64,000 bases of DNA from Candidatus Latescibacterota bacterium (GCA_965222075.1 OZ244937.1:4416001-4480000), one strand, 5' to 3'. Positions 18,508-28,528 are shown, counted from the stretch's first letter. The notes: generated by a model from the sequence alone, not told the origin. Made by a program: numbers and translations.

Positions 18508-21500
18508 ATGAAGGCAAATAGATGGTTTCTCGCCGAGGTTCTGTTCCTGGTCGTGGCCCTGCCCTTTTCGAGCGCCTTTGCGGGCACGACGGGGAAGATC
18601 ACCGGACGGGTCACCGACGCAGCGGGATCGCCCCTGCCGGGCGCCAGCGTGGTGATTGAGGACACGCAGCGGGGCGCGATTACCGACGCGGAGGGCTTCT
18701 ATCTGATCCTGTTGGTGGACCCGGGCGCCTACGATCTGTCCGCGTCGCTGGTCGGGTATGCGAATGTGACGAAGCAGGATGTGAGGGTCACGGTAGATTA
18801 TACCTCGACGGTGAATTTCGAGTTGAGGGAGGAGGCGATCGAGGCGGCCGAGATCGTGGTGACCGCGGAGCGTCCGCCGGTGGAGTTAGACAAGACCACG
18901 ACGAAGTATATTGTGTCTGCCGAGGATATTGAGCAGACGCCGATCATCAAGACAACGGGAGAGTTCATCAAGCTGCAGCCCGGCGTGGATATGGCCGGGA
19001 GTTTCTCGGTGCGGGGTACGAATGTAGGCTATGCCGGGAATTTCAGGGTGCAGGGCAGTCCGTCCTACAGGGTTAACGCCGTTAATGTGGTGATCGATGG
19101 AGTCCGGATCTCCGGCCTGGACGGGGCAGCCGCCGCTCTGTTCACGGGGGTAAACAAGAGCGCGGTGCAGCAGATCTCGATCGAGACGGGCGTGACCCCG
19201 GCGGAGTACGGGGACGCGCGAGCGGGAACGATCAACATCGTCACGAAGGATGGTGGAAAGCAGTTCCACGGGTGGACGGAGGTCATCCTCGAGACTGCGG
19301 GTAAGAAGCACTGGGGTGCGAACATCTACGACGCCCCGGAGCACCGGGACCATATGAAGTGGGACGATCCGGAGTGGTTGAAGGAGACGGACCCGCTGAC
19401 GGGCCGGATCATCTACGTGCGGGAGGACTACACCAGCTACAACGGCATCGGCTTGGAGGGCACCCTGTCGGGGCCGGTAGGGTCCAGGGCGTCGTTTGTG
19501 GCCTCGTTGAAACACGACCGGCGGGCGCCCATCTTCCCGGACGCGACGAACCACGGCTTCTACAACGACACCGGGCACTATGTCAACGCCCCGAACAACA
19601 TCCAGGGGTCCGGGAGCATCACCTTTAAGCCCACGGGTAGCACGAAGTTTAAGGCCGGCCTGATCCTGCAGCGGTACACGGCGTTCAACAACGAGGTAAA
19701 CTTCCGCTTTCGGGGGGTCAATGGCTTTATCCGGGGACGTCACGGGAGGGCGGGGCTGCGCAATCTCTTCCTGCCGAAGGAGTGGGCGGCGTCGGGCAAG
19801 TACAACTACCAGGAGGACTTAGAGTACCTGACGTTGGCGCACGCCATCTCGCCGAAGACGTTCTACGAGGTGCGGATCGCGCGCAGCCACACGCACCAGG
19901 ACACGGTTGGCGCGCCTACCTTTACGGACAGACCGCGGACGGATAGGAGCGGATGGTTCTACATCGACGGGCAGGTGGCGACGTGGGCGCAGTCGAGGCG
20001 GACGCGGTGGAGCCTCAAGGCGGACCTGTCCAGCCAGCTCACGAAAAGGAACTTTGTGAAGACCGGCTTCGAGATCATCAGGTTCAACGTCTATTACACC
20101 CAGTGGGCGGCACTATCGAAGACGAACAACATGTTCTCATTCTACGCGGGCGGGGACGAGCCCTGGCGGATGGGCAGCCCTGCGACGCCGATCCGGGGCG
20201 GGGTCTACGTGCAGGACAAGATGGAGTTCGAGGGGATGATCGTGAACGTGGGCGTGCGTTTAGACTTCCAGAAGCACACGCACAAGGAACTGGTGAGTGC
20301 GGCGCTTATGCCGATGCCGATGTGGGCGTACTACAACACACGCCAGAATGCATACGCCAGCAGGTTTGCGAAGACGCCGCCGATGGAGTTTCACCTCAGT
20401 CCCAGGCTGGGGGTTTCGCACCCGCTCACGGACCGGATGAAGCTACACTTTTCGCTGGGCAAGTTCGTCCAGTGGGTCGACTTCTACGCCCTTTATGCGA
20501 AGACCTACTACAACGCAGGCAAGCTCGGTCCGGACGGGGATCCGAACTGGTTCGACGTGAACGGGAACGGGGTGAGGGATCCGGCCGAGACCTATGCCAG
20601 TATGGTGCCCGCAAACAGCGGCGTGAGCGCGGACCCGCACGACGCGCGCGCGGAGCAGGCGCTCACCTTTGAGGTGGGCACCGACTGGAACTTCGTGTCC
20701 GACTACACGGCGTCGGTGACGATGTTTTACCGGAGCGATACGAATAACTACGCGCCTCAGTTAGCCGGCTACGTCGGGCGGAGTATCGGGAGGAGCGGGA
20801 GGGGGGCGGCGAGCGATTATGCGGCCTTTAACAAAGGCTTCGAGGTGTCGGTCGGAAAGCGGCTGAGCCACTACTTCGGCTTCCGCGTCGGCTGGTATTT
20901 GCAGTGGGGGGCGAATGGCTGGATGGGTCTCGCGAACTCGCTTTCCCGCACGTTCGCCGACTCTAACTTCGTGTCTGGCCCGGATTACTTTGAGGCGTGG
21001 CAGCCGAACCCGGATGGGTCGAGGTCGCCGGTGGCGATGTCTCAGGAGGATACTGAAAAGACGGGCCGCAGCAATAACCAGCGCGCGCGGGCCTGGAGCG
21101 CGCAGTATGAGAACGACCATCTGACCTACTTCGGCAAGCATGCGGAGCTGAAGGACGAGGCATTCTACCGGGCCCTTCTCCCGTGGCCCGGGAATCCCGT
21201 CATGGTGGCCTACGGATCTACGGGCGCCCGCCTCGATTCCCAGACGAACCTGCAGTTTATTCTGAACACGCCCTCTGACGTCCGGTTCGGTCCCCGCTTC
21301 CTGGGCTGGCTGGCCAGCGACCTGAACGCGAACATGCTCTGGAAGCTGCGATCGGGCGACCGGGCCAGATGGGTGCCGCCGGGGTCGACATTCCAAGGCC
21401 GGCGGCTGGATCGGGGTGCGGTGGATGCGGCCACGGACCTGAGCGCGGAGAAGGTGTTCAACGCCAAAGGGAGGGTGCGCCCCTCCTTCTTCATCGAGGT

Positions 21501-21675
21501 CCGGAACCTGTTTAACGACAAGATCGATAGGAGCGGGGGGGCGAATTACATGCGGTGGGGCCTGCAGATGGCCCCCCCGGACAACAAGGACTTTAAACAG
21601 TACGGAGATACGGGGGACCGGAGCTACTACCGCGCCCCGAGACAGACGAACCTTGGCATCCGCGTGGTCTTTTAA
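18508..21675 (+). CDS. TonB-dependent receptor with N-terminal carboxypeptidase-regulatory-like domain
   Basis: Signal peptide, GTTGKITGRVTD...PLPGASV, plug motif AEYGDARAGTINIVTKDG, YVQDKMEFEGMIVNVGVRLD, SPRLGVSHP, C-terminal Phe. Confidence 0.9.
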   Translation: MKANRWFLAEVLFLVVALPFSSAFAGTTGKITGRVTDAAGSPLPGASVVIEDTQRGAITDAEGFYLILLVDPGAYDLSASLVGYANVTKQDVRVTVDYTSTVNFELREEAIEAAEIVVTAERPPVELDKTTTKYIVSAEDIEQTPIIKTTGEFIKLQPGVDMAGSFSVRGTNVGYAGNFRVQGSPSYRVNAVNVVIDGVRISGLDGAAAALFTGVNKSAVQQISIETGVTPAEYGDARAGTINIVTKDGGKQFHGWTEVILETAGKKHWGANIYDAPEHRDHMKWDDPEWLKETDPLTGRIIYVREDYTSYNGIGLEGTLSGPVGSRASFVASLKHDRRAPIFPDATNHGFYNDTGHYVNAPNNIQGSGSITFKPTGSTKFKAGLILQRYTAFNNEVNFRFRGVNGFIRGRHGRAGLRNLFLPKEWAASGKYNYQEDLEYLTLAHAISPKTFYEVRIARSHTHQDTVGAPTFTDRPRTDRSGWFYIDGQVATWAQSRRTRWSLKADLSSQLTKRNFVKTGFEIIRFNVYYTQWAALSKTNNMFSFYAGGDEPWRMGSPATPIRGGVYVQDKMEFEGMIVNVGVRLDFQKHTHKELVSAALMPMPMWAYYNTRQNAYASRFAKTPPMEFHLSPRLGVSHPLTDRMKLHFSLGKFVQWVDFYALYAKTYYNAGKLGPDGDPNWFDVNGNGVRDPAETYASMVPANSGVSADPHDARAEQALTFEVGTDWNFVSDYTASVTMFYRSDTNNYAPQLAGYVGRSIGRSGRGAASDYAAFNKGFEVSVGKRLSHYFGFRVGWYLQWGANGWMGLANSLSRTFADSNFVSGPDYFEAWQPNPDGSRSPVAMSQEDTEKTGRSNNQRARAWSAQYENDHLTYFGKHAELKDEAFYRALLPWPGNPVMVAYGSTGARLDSQTNLQFILNTPSDVRFGPRFLGWLASDLNANMLWKLRSGDRARWVPPGSTFQGRRLDRGAVDAATDLSAEKVFNAKGRVRPSFFIEVRNLFNDKIDRSGGANYMRWGLQMAPPDNKDFKQYGDTGDRSYYRAPRQTNLGIRVVF

Positions 21676-21714
21676 TTCAGGTTGGCGTTGAAACGTACTT
21701 AAGGAGGATAAGAT

Positions 21715-23334
21715 ATGAGAGCGCGACGATGGGCGACGTCGGCCGCTGCAGTCGGTGCGGCGCTGGTCCTTTCCGCGACGGCGGGGCTCCGGGAGGTATA
21801 CCCCCAGGAGTATGAAGTGATTACGGGGCCTTCGGCGCAACTCTACCGAAGCCTGCTTTCGACCGGCATCACGGCCCTGGGTTACCACGGGAGCTACCTC
21901 CGTGTCGGGAGTGGCGTCCCGATGAACTACCCGCGCAATATGGAGCCCCATAATGCACCGGAAGCCGGGGCCTACGGAGACACCCGGCTCAAGGGTACGA
22001 CCCAGCATCTTGCCTACTACATGTTCCAGCGCGCGGGCCACGGGGTGTGGACGTTTACCCAGGACGGGAGCGTGATCTACACGGGCCCCCGGCGGGACAA
22101 GGAGGAGCTGCTCGCGTCGGTGCAATACGACGTGAGCGTGGACCCGGACCTGTCGGTGCTAGGCACGGAGTTCTACCGGCACCGCCGGCCCGCAGTGAAG
22201 CTGGGAAACGGCCTGCCGTTTCCCAGCGGGTATGTGGAGACGCACCTGGGTGGGAACTGGTGGTCGGGTTCCGATCTGATCGAGAGGATCAAGGCCTCCG
22301 GTGAGGAGTCACCGGTCCACATTATGAACTTCAACCTCTCCGCGTACCCGACCTACGACGAGTGGCCCGAAGAGATCATCGTCACAAAGTGGACGAACGA
22401 CCAGGGGCTGACCTTCACGGAGCGGGTGTCCGCCTGGAGCCACCCCGACTTCGACGACCTCTTCATCGACGAATACGTGGTTGAGAATACGGGCGACACG
22501 AACGGGGACGGCGAGCCGGACGGGCCCGTGATCGCCCGGAACGACCTCTACATCGGGTTTATGGACCGGTTCGCTCCCAGCGCTACGGGGGCGCACGGGG
22601 GGGGCGTATACAATCATCAATGGCAGGACGAGCGGGTGAACCTCATGGACGATTGGTACGCTTACGACGGAGGGATCAAGCTGCTCTCCGTGCGGGACGG
22701 CGACCATCCGACCCTGCTCGACTGGGACGACACGGGCGATCCGTACAAGGCGGCGTTTGCATTCAAAAAGCTCGGCCAGCCCGAAGGCACGCTGCTGTCC
22801 CCCACGCAGGTGGGTGTGGGCGTGGTCGCGTATACGGACGATGCGGCCAGTTCTTACCGGTTCAATGCGCGGGATATGAAGGAGGGCTACGTGGCGCCGG
22901 AGGGGGACCAGCCCTACGCCGTGCGCTACTGGGAGTCGTCCTCAGAACAGTATCAGGAGGACCCCAGAGCGGGCACGACCTCGGACCAGGAGATCTACTC
23001 CGAGGTCGTGGGTGCAGGCCGCCGGATCCAGGAACCCCCGGCAGTTCCAAGCGGGCAGTTCTCCATGCTCCTCTTCGGGCCGTACGACCTGCCTCCCGGC
23101 GGAAAGGCGAAGATCGTGCTGGCCTATCTGGCGGGACATCCCGGCCAGGTGCTTGGGAATACGGACCCGTGGATGTGGGCATTTAAAGGCAATCAGGTCG
23201 AACTGCCCAGGGGCCTGGACGCGCTGAAGCAGAACTTCGAGGCCGCGCAGTTTGCCTATGACAATGCCTTTGACCTTCCGGACGCGCCGCCGGATGTGAA
23301 CTTCCGGACGGGCAGCAGCCGGATGCCGCTATGA
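21715..23334 (+). CDS. Secreted hypothetical protein, N-terminal part (probably one gene with 23331..24122)
   Basis: AAGGAGG RBS, Sec-type signal peptide without lipobox, DTNGDGEPD Ca-type motif, FGPYDLPPG. Confidence 0.75.
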   Translation: MRARRWATSAAAVGAALVLSATAGLREVYPQEYEVITGPSAQLYRSLLSTGITALGYHGSYLRVGSGVPMNYPRNMEPHNAPEAGAYGDTRLKGTTQHLAYYMFQRAGHGVWTFTQDGSVIYTGPRRDKEELLASVQYDVSVDPDLSVLGTEFYRHRRPAVKLGNGLPFPSGYVETHLGGNWWSGSDLIERIKASGEESPVHIMNFNLSAYPTYDEWPEEIIVTKWTNDQGLTFTERVSAWSHPDFDDLFIDEYVVENTGDTNGDGEPDGPVIARNDLYIGFMDRFAPSATGAHGGGVYNHQWQDERVNLMDDWYAYDGGIKLLSVRDGDHPTLLDWDDTGDPYKAAFAFKKLGQPEGTLLSPTQVGVGVVAYTDDAASSYRFNARDMKEGYVAPEGDQPYAVRYWESSSEQYQEDPRAGTTSDQEIYSEVVGAGRRIQEPPAVPSGQFSMLLFGPYDLPPGGKAKIVLAYLAGHPGQVLGNTDPWMWAFKGNQVELPRGLDALKQNFEAAQFAYDNAFDLPDAPPDVNFRTGSSRMPL

Positions 23335-24122
23335 CAGTGGACTGGCCCGTCTCGGTCGAGCAGGCGGCGCACCCGGACTACGGATCCGCGGATATTGCAG
23401 GCTACCGGGTCTACCGCTCGACCTGGTTCGACGTGGGGCCCTGGGAGTTGATCGCCGACTTCAAGGCCGGAGAGAGTCCGGAGACCACCTCCTACCGGGT
23501 GTCACGCGGGAATGAACCCGCGTTCGGTGAGCTGTATCTATTCGAGGACAAGACGTCGGTGGCCGGGTCCTTCTACCACTACAGCGTGCGCGTCTACGCC
23601 GACCCCCACGCGAGCTGGACCCCGGGCATCAGCGACCCGAGCGTTCACCCGCTTTCTATGGCGGACCTGCCGGGGCACATCGCCTCGCACGTGCAGGTGG
23701 GGCAGGAGGGGGGCTGGTCCGCATCGACCCAGCGAATCTACGCGGCCGAGTCGCCCTTTGCGATTCCATCGACGGCGTCGGAGGCGTCGGAGGCGAGGGT
23801 GCGGGTGGTGCCCAACCCCTTCATTGGATCCGGGTGGCACCAAGTTCCCGGTCAGACGTCGCATTCGTATGGGGGGTCCCCGAAGATCCGGTTCGTGGGC
23901 GTTCCGTCGCACTGCCGGATTCAGGTCTACTCGGTGTCGGGAGAACTGGTTTCCGACTTTATCCATACCAATTCGACCAGGGGGGAGGCCGATTACAATC
24001 AGGTCACGTGGACCAACAACGGACCTATCGCTACGGGGGTCTACTTCTGGGTGGTGGAGAACCTGATCGAGGGGTCCAACAAGGGAAAGATTCAGAGGGG
24101 CACCCTCATGGTGGTTCGATAA
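23331..24122 (+). CDS. FN3-like domain + T9SS type-A-like C-terminal sorting domain (C-terminal part)
   Basis: IAGYRVYRS (FN3-like); VRVVPNPF...IQVYSVSGELV...GVYFWVV...GTLMVVR CTD pattern; no signal peptide of its own. Confidence 0.75.
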   Translation: MTVDWPVSVEQAAHPDYGSADIAGYRVYRSTWFDVGPWELIADFKAGESPETTSYRVSRGNEPAFGELYLFEDKTSVAGSFYHYSVRVYADPHASWTPGISDPSVHPLSMADLPGHIASHVQVGQEGGWSASTQRIYAAESPFAIPSTASEASEARVRVVPNPFIGSGWHQVPGQTSHSYGGSPKIRFVGVPSHCRIQVYSVSGELVSDFIHTNSTRGEADYNQVTWTNNGPIATGVYFWVVENLIEGSNKGKIQRGTLMVVR

Positions 24123-24145
24123 ATACGACGAAGGAGGATAGAACC

Positions 24146-25129
24146 GTGAGAAAGTTTCGTTTGACACTCCTGCTTGCCGCGATGGGGATGCTCCTGCTTG
24201 CGCCTCCGGGCGGTGCGGTGGTGAAAGAGACCGTAGAGCGCCGCTCTGACACGCATAAATGGTCCGGGCTGGGCGGCTTTCAGTTCCTCAAGATCGGGCA
24301 AGGGGCGCGGCCGGTGGCGATGGGGGAAGCGTATATGGCCGTGGCCGACGACATCAACGCAATCTTCTGGAACCCGGCCGGGCTGACGGATGTCCGCAGG
24401 ACGGCCTGGACGGCCACGTATACGAAATGGCTGGTGGACTCCAACATCTTCAGTGGGGCGGTGGCCTGGAACACGGGCACGGCTCGGGGCGGTGTGCTGG
24501 GTTTGGGCGTGGTCGCCTTCCAGCCCAAAGACTTCGAGGAGACGACGATCTTCCAGCCCAACGGAACGGGGCAGAGCGTGTCGGTCGGGGATATGGGCAT
24601 CGGCGTGGTCTACGCGCTGAAGCTTACGGACAAGTTCTCGTTCGGCGCCCGGATGTCGTGGGTCCACCAGAGCCTGTATACGTGGAGCATCAATCAGTTC
24701 ACCCTGGACGTGGGGACGCGCTTCTACACCGGTTTCAGGAGCCTGCGCGTGGCCATGGCGCTGAAGAGCTTCGGTCCGGACAAAAGGATACTGCAGGCCA
24801 CCTTTGTCATGCCGCTCACGTATCACGTAGCCGCAGCCGCAGAACTCTTCGGGGAGAAGGGCGACCCGGGGTATCTGACGGTGACAGGGGAGACGCTGTA
24901 TGTGTCGGACTACGGCCTGCGCGCCCACTTAGGAGCGGAGTTGTGGCTGCAGAGCATCTTTGCGCTGCGAGCGGGCTACAAGTTCTCCTATGAGGCGGAC
25001 TCCTTCACCGTGGGTATGGGCCTGAAGTACGACATGCACGCCGACCGGGCGTTGACCGTGGACGTCTCCTACTCCGAGATGAAGCGTTTTAGCGCCCCCA
25101 TCCGGGTGACGATCGGAGGAGAGTTCTAA
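24146..25129 (+). CDS. PorV/PorQ-family outer-membrane beta-barrel
   Basis: FLKIGQGARPVAMGEAY.AVADD.NAIFWNPAGL signature; terminal Phe; AAGGAGG RBS before GTG 24146. Confidence 0.88.
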   Translation: MRKFRLTLLLAAMGMLLLAPPGGAVVKETVERRSDTHKWSGLGGFQFLKIGQGARPVAMGEAYMAVADDINAIFWNPAGLTDVRRTAWTATYTKWLVDSNIFSGAVAWNTGTARGGVLGLGVVAFQPKDFEETTIFQPNGTGQSVSVGDMGIGVVYALKLTDKFSFGARMSWVHQSLYTWSINQFTLDVGTRFYTGFRSLRVAMALKSFGPDKRILQATFVMPLTYHVAAAAELFGEKGDPGYLTVTGETLYVSDYGLRAHLGAELWLQSIFALRAGYKFSYEADSFTVGMGLKYDMHADRALTVDVSYSEMKRFSAPIRVTIGGEF

Positions 25130-25367
25130 AGGGTGGCGGTCGGGAAAAGCCAGAAGCAGATGGCTGGCTGTTTTCGTCCAGGACAGGGAGACTCATCAGG
25201 GAGGCCCGGCCGGTCTGAACGGGGGGAACGAGCCGGACGGGCCTCGATTTCTATGGACCGGCGGTTCTCTTCTTGATCAGAGGGAGACCGCCGGTTATCT
25301 TTGGCTGCAAGCGCAATATGCGATTGAGAGACCTCGTTAACAGAGGAGGTCGCGCATCCGGCTCACC

Positions 25368-25553
25368 GTGGACGACCGGCCGGTGCTTTATTGCATCAAT
25401 GAGGAGGGCGAACCTTACGGAGGGGGGAAGTTCGGGTTCCGGCAGCTCTATCTCAGCACAATCAGTTACGACAACCTGAGGGTCTACGAGGCCGCGATGC
25501 CGGGCCGGAAGGTTCATCTCTCCTCCCCCCACTGGGAGGTCCATGAGGAATGA
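25368..25553 (+). pseudogene. C-terminal fragment of a YesU/DUF1961-like protein fused to the propeller-gene 3' end
   Basis: YGGGKFGFRQ...YDNLRVYE followed by HLSSPHWEVHEE, identical to the end of 14740..16755. Confidence 0.5.
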
Positions 25554-25587
25554 GAAGATGATCTGAGCTTGTCATCGGCCTGCCATT
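25499..25587 (+). repeat. ~90-bp direct repeat, copy 2
   Basis: Matches 16701..16794. Confidence 0.9.
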
Positions 25588-25642
25588 CGTCAGACGGTGG
25601 CCTTTATGGTGTTTCTGCCGTGCGTTCTTCTCGCGCCCCATT

Positions 25643-25725
25643 CGGCGCGTCACTACATGCGGTATGATCCGGACAAGCTCGGGGGTGTTTAGATCGAGAC
25701 CTTCCTGGGGACGCTCGCGGCGGAG
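25643..25725 (+). pseudogene. Internal fragment of the DegT aminotransferase
   Basis: CACTACATGCGGTATGATCCGGACAAGCT... matches 3387..3479 with a 10-bp deletion. Confidence 0.85.
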
Positions 25726-26813
25726 AGGGCCAGGGCTTTCACGCAAACTGCCCCGGGGACCTCGACGGGACTCCCAACCGGGTGGAGGGCGCCGGTATCT
25801 GCATCGATTCGGAAGGCGGTGACCGTGTTGCCGCGTTGATTGGCCGAGAGGAGGAAGCATCCGGTGGGGTCGATTTCCAGGTTCCAGGGCCATGCACCGC
25901 CCGAGGGTTGGTGGCTGACAGGCGTTAATTCGCCTGTGGAAGCGTCGATTGACATGATGGCGATGCTGTCGTGGCCGCGGTTGGAGCCGTAGAGGAAGCG
26001 CCCGGATAGGTGTACCTGGAGGTCGGCGCAGTGGTTTTCGCCGTCATAGTCATCGGGTAACGCCGAGAGGGTCTGGCGTTCGGCGAGGGTTCCGGATTTG
26101 GCGTTGTAATTGTAGACGACGAGCGTGCTGTCGAGTTCGTTGAGCAGATAGGCTTTGTTTCCGTCCGGGTGGAAGGCGATGTGTCTGGGGCCTGCGCCGG
26201 GGCGGGTTGAGACGGAGGGTTGTTCGTTGGGTTCGAGCCTGGCTGAGGATGCGTCCAACCGGTAGATCATGACTTTGTCAATGCCGAGGTCGGCGGCGAG
26301 CGCGTAACGGTGATCCGGTGAGAGTACGATGGAGTGGGGGTGCGGTCCCTCCTGGCGTTCGGAGTTGACGCTGCATCCCTTGTGCTGAACCACCTGGACC
26401 TCCGGATCGAGTCGACCGTTTTTGTTTATTCGAAATGCGGCTACGCTTCCGGAGCCGTAGTTTGCCGCGAGCAGGCACTGATCGGTCCGATCGATGCTCA
26501 GATAGCAGGGAACCGTTCCTTTTGTGTGTTGTTCGCTTCGCAGCACAAGGTCGCCTGTCTGGGGGGCGATGGAGAAGGTTTTAATGCTGCCACCGGGTTG
26601 GCCGTTGAATTCGTTGATGACACAGGCGGCGTAGAGGTAACGGTCGCCTGAGCCGGTAGCGAGGAAGAAGGGGTTGTGGACATCCGGGACCTTCGATACG
26701 GCCTCCAGTTCACCAGATGAGGGATCGAGGTGAAGGATGTGCAGGCCTTCGGTTCGGTCGTCGGTGTAGGTGCCGACGTAGACTGTGGTGCGACCGCCAG
26801 TTTGATTTGACAT
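25689..26813 (-). CDS. 6-phosphogluconolactonase-like lactonase (7-bladed propeller)
   Basis: YVGTYT, ANYGSG, RQEGPHPH, DLGID, GAGPRH, SNRGHDSI. Confidence 0.9.
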   Translation of the reverse strand: MSNQTGGRTTVYVGTYTDDRTEGLHILHLDPSSGELEAVSKVPDVHNPFFLATGSGDRYLYAACVINEFNGQPGGSIKTFSIAPQTGDLVLRSEQHTKGTVPCYLSIDRTDQCLLAANYGSGSVAAFRINKNGRLDPEVQVVQHKGCSVNSERQEGPHPHSIVLSPDHRYALAADLGIDKVMIYRLDASSARLEPNEQPSVSTRPGAGPRHIAFHPDGNKAYLLNELDSTLVVYNYNAKSGTLAERQTLSALPDDYDGENHCADLQVHLSGRFLYGSNRGHDSIAIMSIDASTGELTPVSHQPSGGAWPWNLEIDPTGCFLLSANQRGNTVTAFRIDADTGALHPVGSPVEVPGAVCVKALALSAASVPRKVSI

Positions 26814-27005
26814 TTGCGGAGCTCCTGGGTTTAGAAACGCGTGGTCTCAAGGCAAATAAGCATGAGACGTCGGAAGACGGGAAGGAGGGTTTTAATGATG
26901 GGTTGTGCACCTGCTTGTGGGATCACTATCTAAACGTAACGAAATATAATTCCGGGTGCAGGAATAAACAATACATAATCTAAGAAGCTTCTTAAGGAGA
27001 ATGAT

Positions 27006-27527
27006 ATGGCTTTTCTGGCTGAGCGATCTGATCGGATGCTCTTCCCGACACCGGCCGACGGAGCGACCGTTGGGATCTCCCCACCCGGACTGGCCTGGCT
27101 GCCCGACGAGGACGCTGCCGATTACCGGGGGGGTGCGACGCTGGATGTGCGTCTGGCCTGTCCGGCGGGGTTGAGGTTGAGCCAGACCGACGCGTTCGAC
27201 ACGCCTTACAATGCGGGCATCCCCGAGCAGTTCCACGAGAACCGTGCCAACCACTGGCACGTGACCGCGGAGACCGACGCGAAGGCCGAATCGCCCCGGA
27301 TCGGGGCCGCGATAGGCGTGTACGGTCCAGGCGAGGCGTTTGAGCTCACCGTTTTCGACCACAATGGGTGGCTCGGCGCGAGGGCGAGGGGCGACTTCGG
27401 CGAAGTCGAGGGCTGGCTCCAGCTGGTCAACGGGGCGTCAGGCCCGGATGGATTTGGGGACAGGGTGGTAAAAGGCGGCGCAAAGCTGTGTGGCCGGGAT
27501 CGCGATGGCGACGTCTTCGCGCGCTGA
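27006..27527 (+). pseudogene. Internally deleted DUF4962/heparinase-like gene (N-terminal ~40 aa joined in frame to C-terminus)
   Basis: AAGGAG RBS; PTPADGATVGISPPGLAWLP N-terminus directly followed by C-terminal-type LSQTDAFDTP...HWHVTAET. Family call tentative. Confidence 0.5.
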
Positions 27528-27749
27528 AGGAGGCAATGGGTTCCGGTCCAGTGAAAGATTCTTTTTATTCTTCCGGATTGATTTGAAAGCGGTATTCAGT
27601 TATTAACAGCCGAATAGAAGACGAATGGGGGCATAAGGTCTTGAAACAGAAGATGTTGTCCCCACTTGCTCTTTTGGGAACGGATTTTGCCTGGCATTTC
27701 CTTCGGAAATCGCGTACCATTCAGAAGGCCTGTAACCGGAGGGATCGAG

Positions 27750-28439
27750 ATGGAAGTCGCTGTTCGGCGCGGGGGCATCGACGGGGTGGCCGATGTGGAT
27801 ATGCCCCGGGAGAAGTTAGAGCGGCTGGGGCCGGAGGCGCTGCGGAACGAGGAACTGCTGGCGATTCTGCTGCGGACGGGGTATGAGGGGAAGAATGTTC
27901 TGAAGGTGGCCGGGGCGATTCTGCGGAAGCATTCGCCGGAGGAACTTCTGGAGATGGACCTGGAGAGCCTGACGCGGATTAAGGGGATCGGGCGGGCAAA
28001 GGGGGCGGGGCTGGTGGCGGCGTTTGAGCTTTCGCGGCGGGCGCTGAACCAGGGGATTGGGATCGCGCCGTCGATTTCGCGGCCTGTGGACGTGGTGTCT
28101 ATGGTTGCGGATATCAAGGATCGCCGGAAGGAGTATTTTGTGGCGGTGTTTCTGAACGCCCGAAACCAGGTGATCTGCAGGGAGACGGTATCTGTTGGGA
28201 GTCTCAATGCGTCTCTGGTCCACCCCCGTGAGGTCTTCTTCCCGGCTGTGGGGTCATCGGCCGCCAGCGTGATCCTGGCGCACAATCACCCCTCGGGAGA
28301 TGTGACACCTTCAAGGGAGGACATTGAGTTGACGCGGCGGATGGTGCAGGCGGGCGAGATCATGGGGATCGAGGTGCTGGATCACATCGTTGTGGGGCCG
28401 GAACGGTTTTTGAGTATGAAGGAGGCGAATTTGTTTTGA
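27750..28439 (+). CDS. radC: DNA repair protein RadC (JAB domain)
   Basis: PREKL..GPEAL..ELLAILL, HhH KGIGRAK, HPREVF, HNHPSGD..PSRED, LDHIVVG. Confidence 0.93.
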   Translation: MEVAVRRGGIDGVADVDMPREKLERLGPEALRNEELLAILLRTGYEGKNVLKVAGAILRKHSPEELLEMDLESLTRIKGIGRAKGAGLVAAFELSRRALNQGIGIAPSISRPVDVVSMVADIKDRRKEYFVAVFLNARNQVICRETVSVGSLNASLVHPREVFFPAVGSSAASVILAHNHPSGDVTPSREDIELTRRMVQAGEIMGIEVLDHIVVGPERFLSMKEANLF

Positions 28440-28528
28440 ATGAGGAAGTTTCAGGTTCCAGGTTCTCGGCGGAACCGGTTCTAAAATTCATCCGATGGGT
28501 CTGAGGTCCCATCCTTGAGGAGGCGTGC

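Noticed and set aside
27750-28439. radC as a marker of a prophage or ICE
   Set aside because: Full-length chromosomal type with HhH domain; no mobile-element genes nearby.
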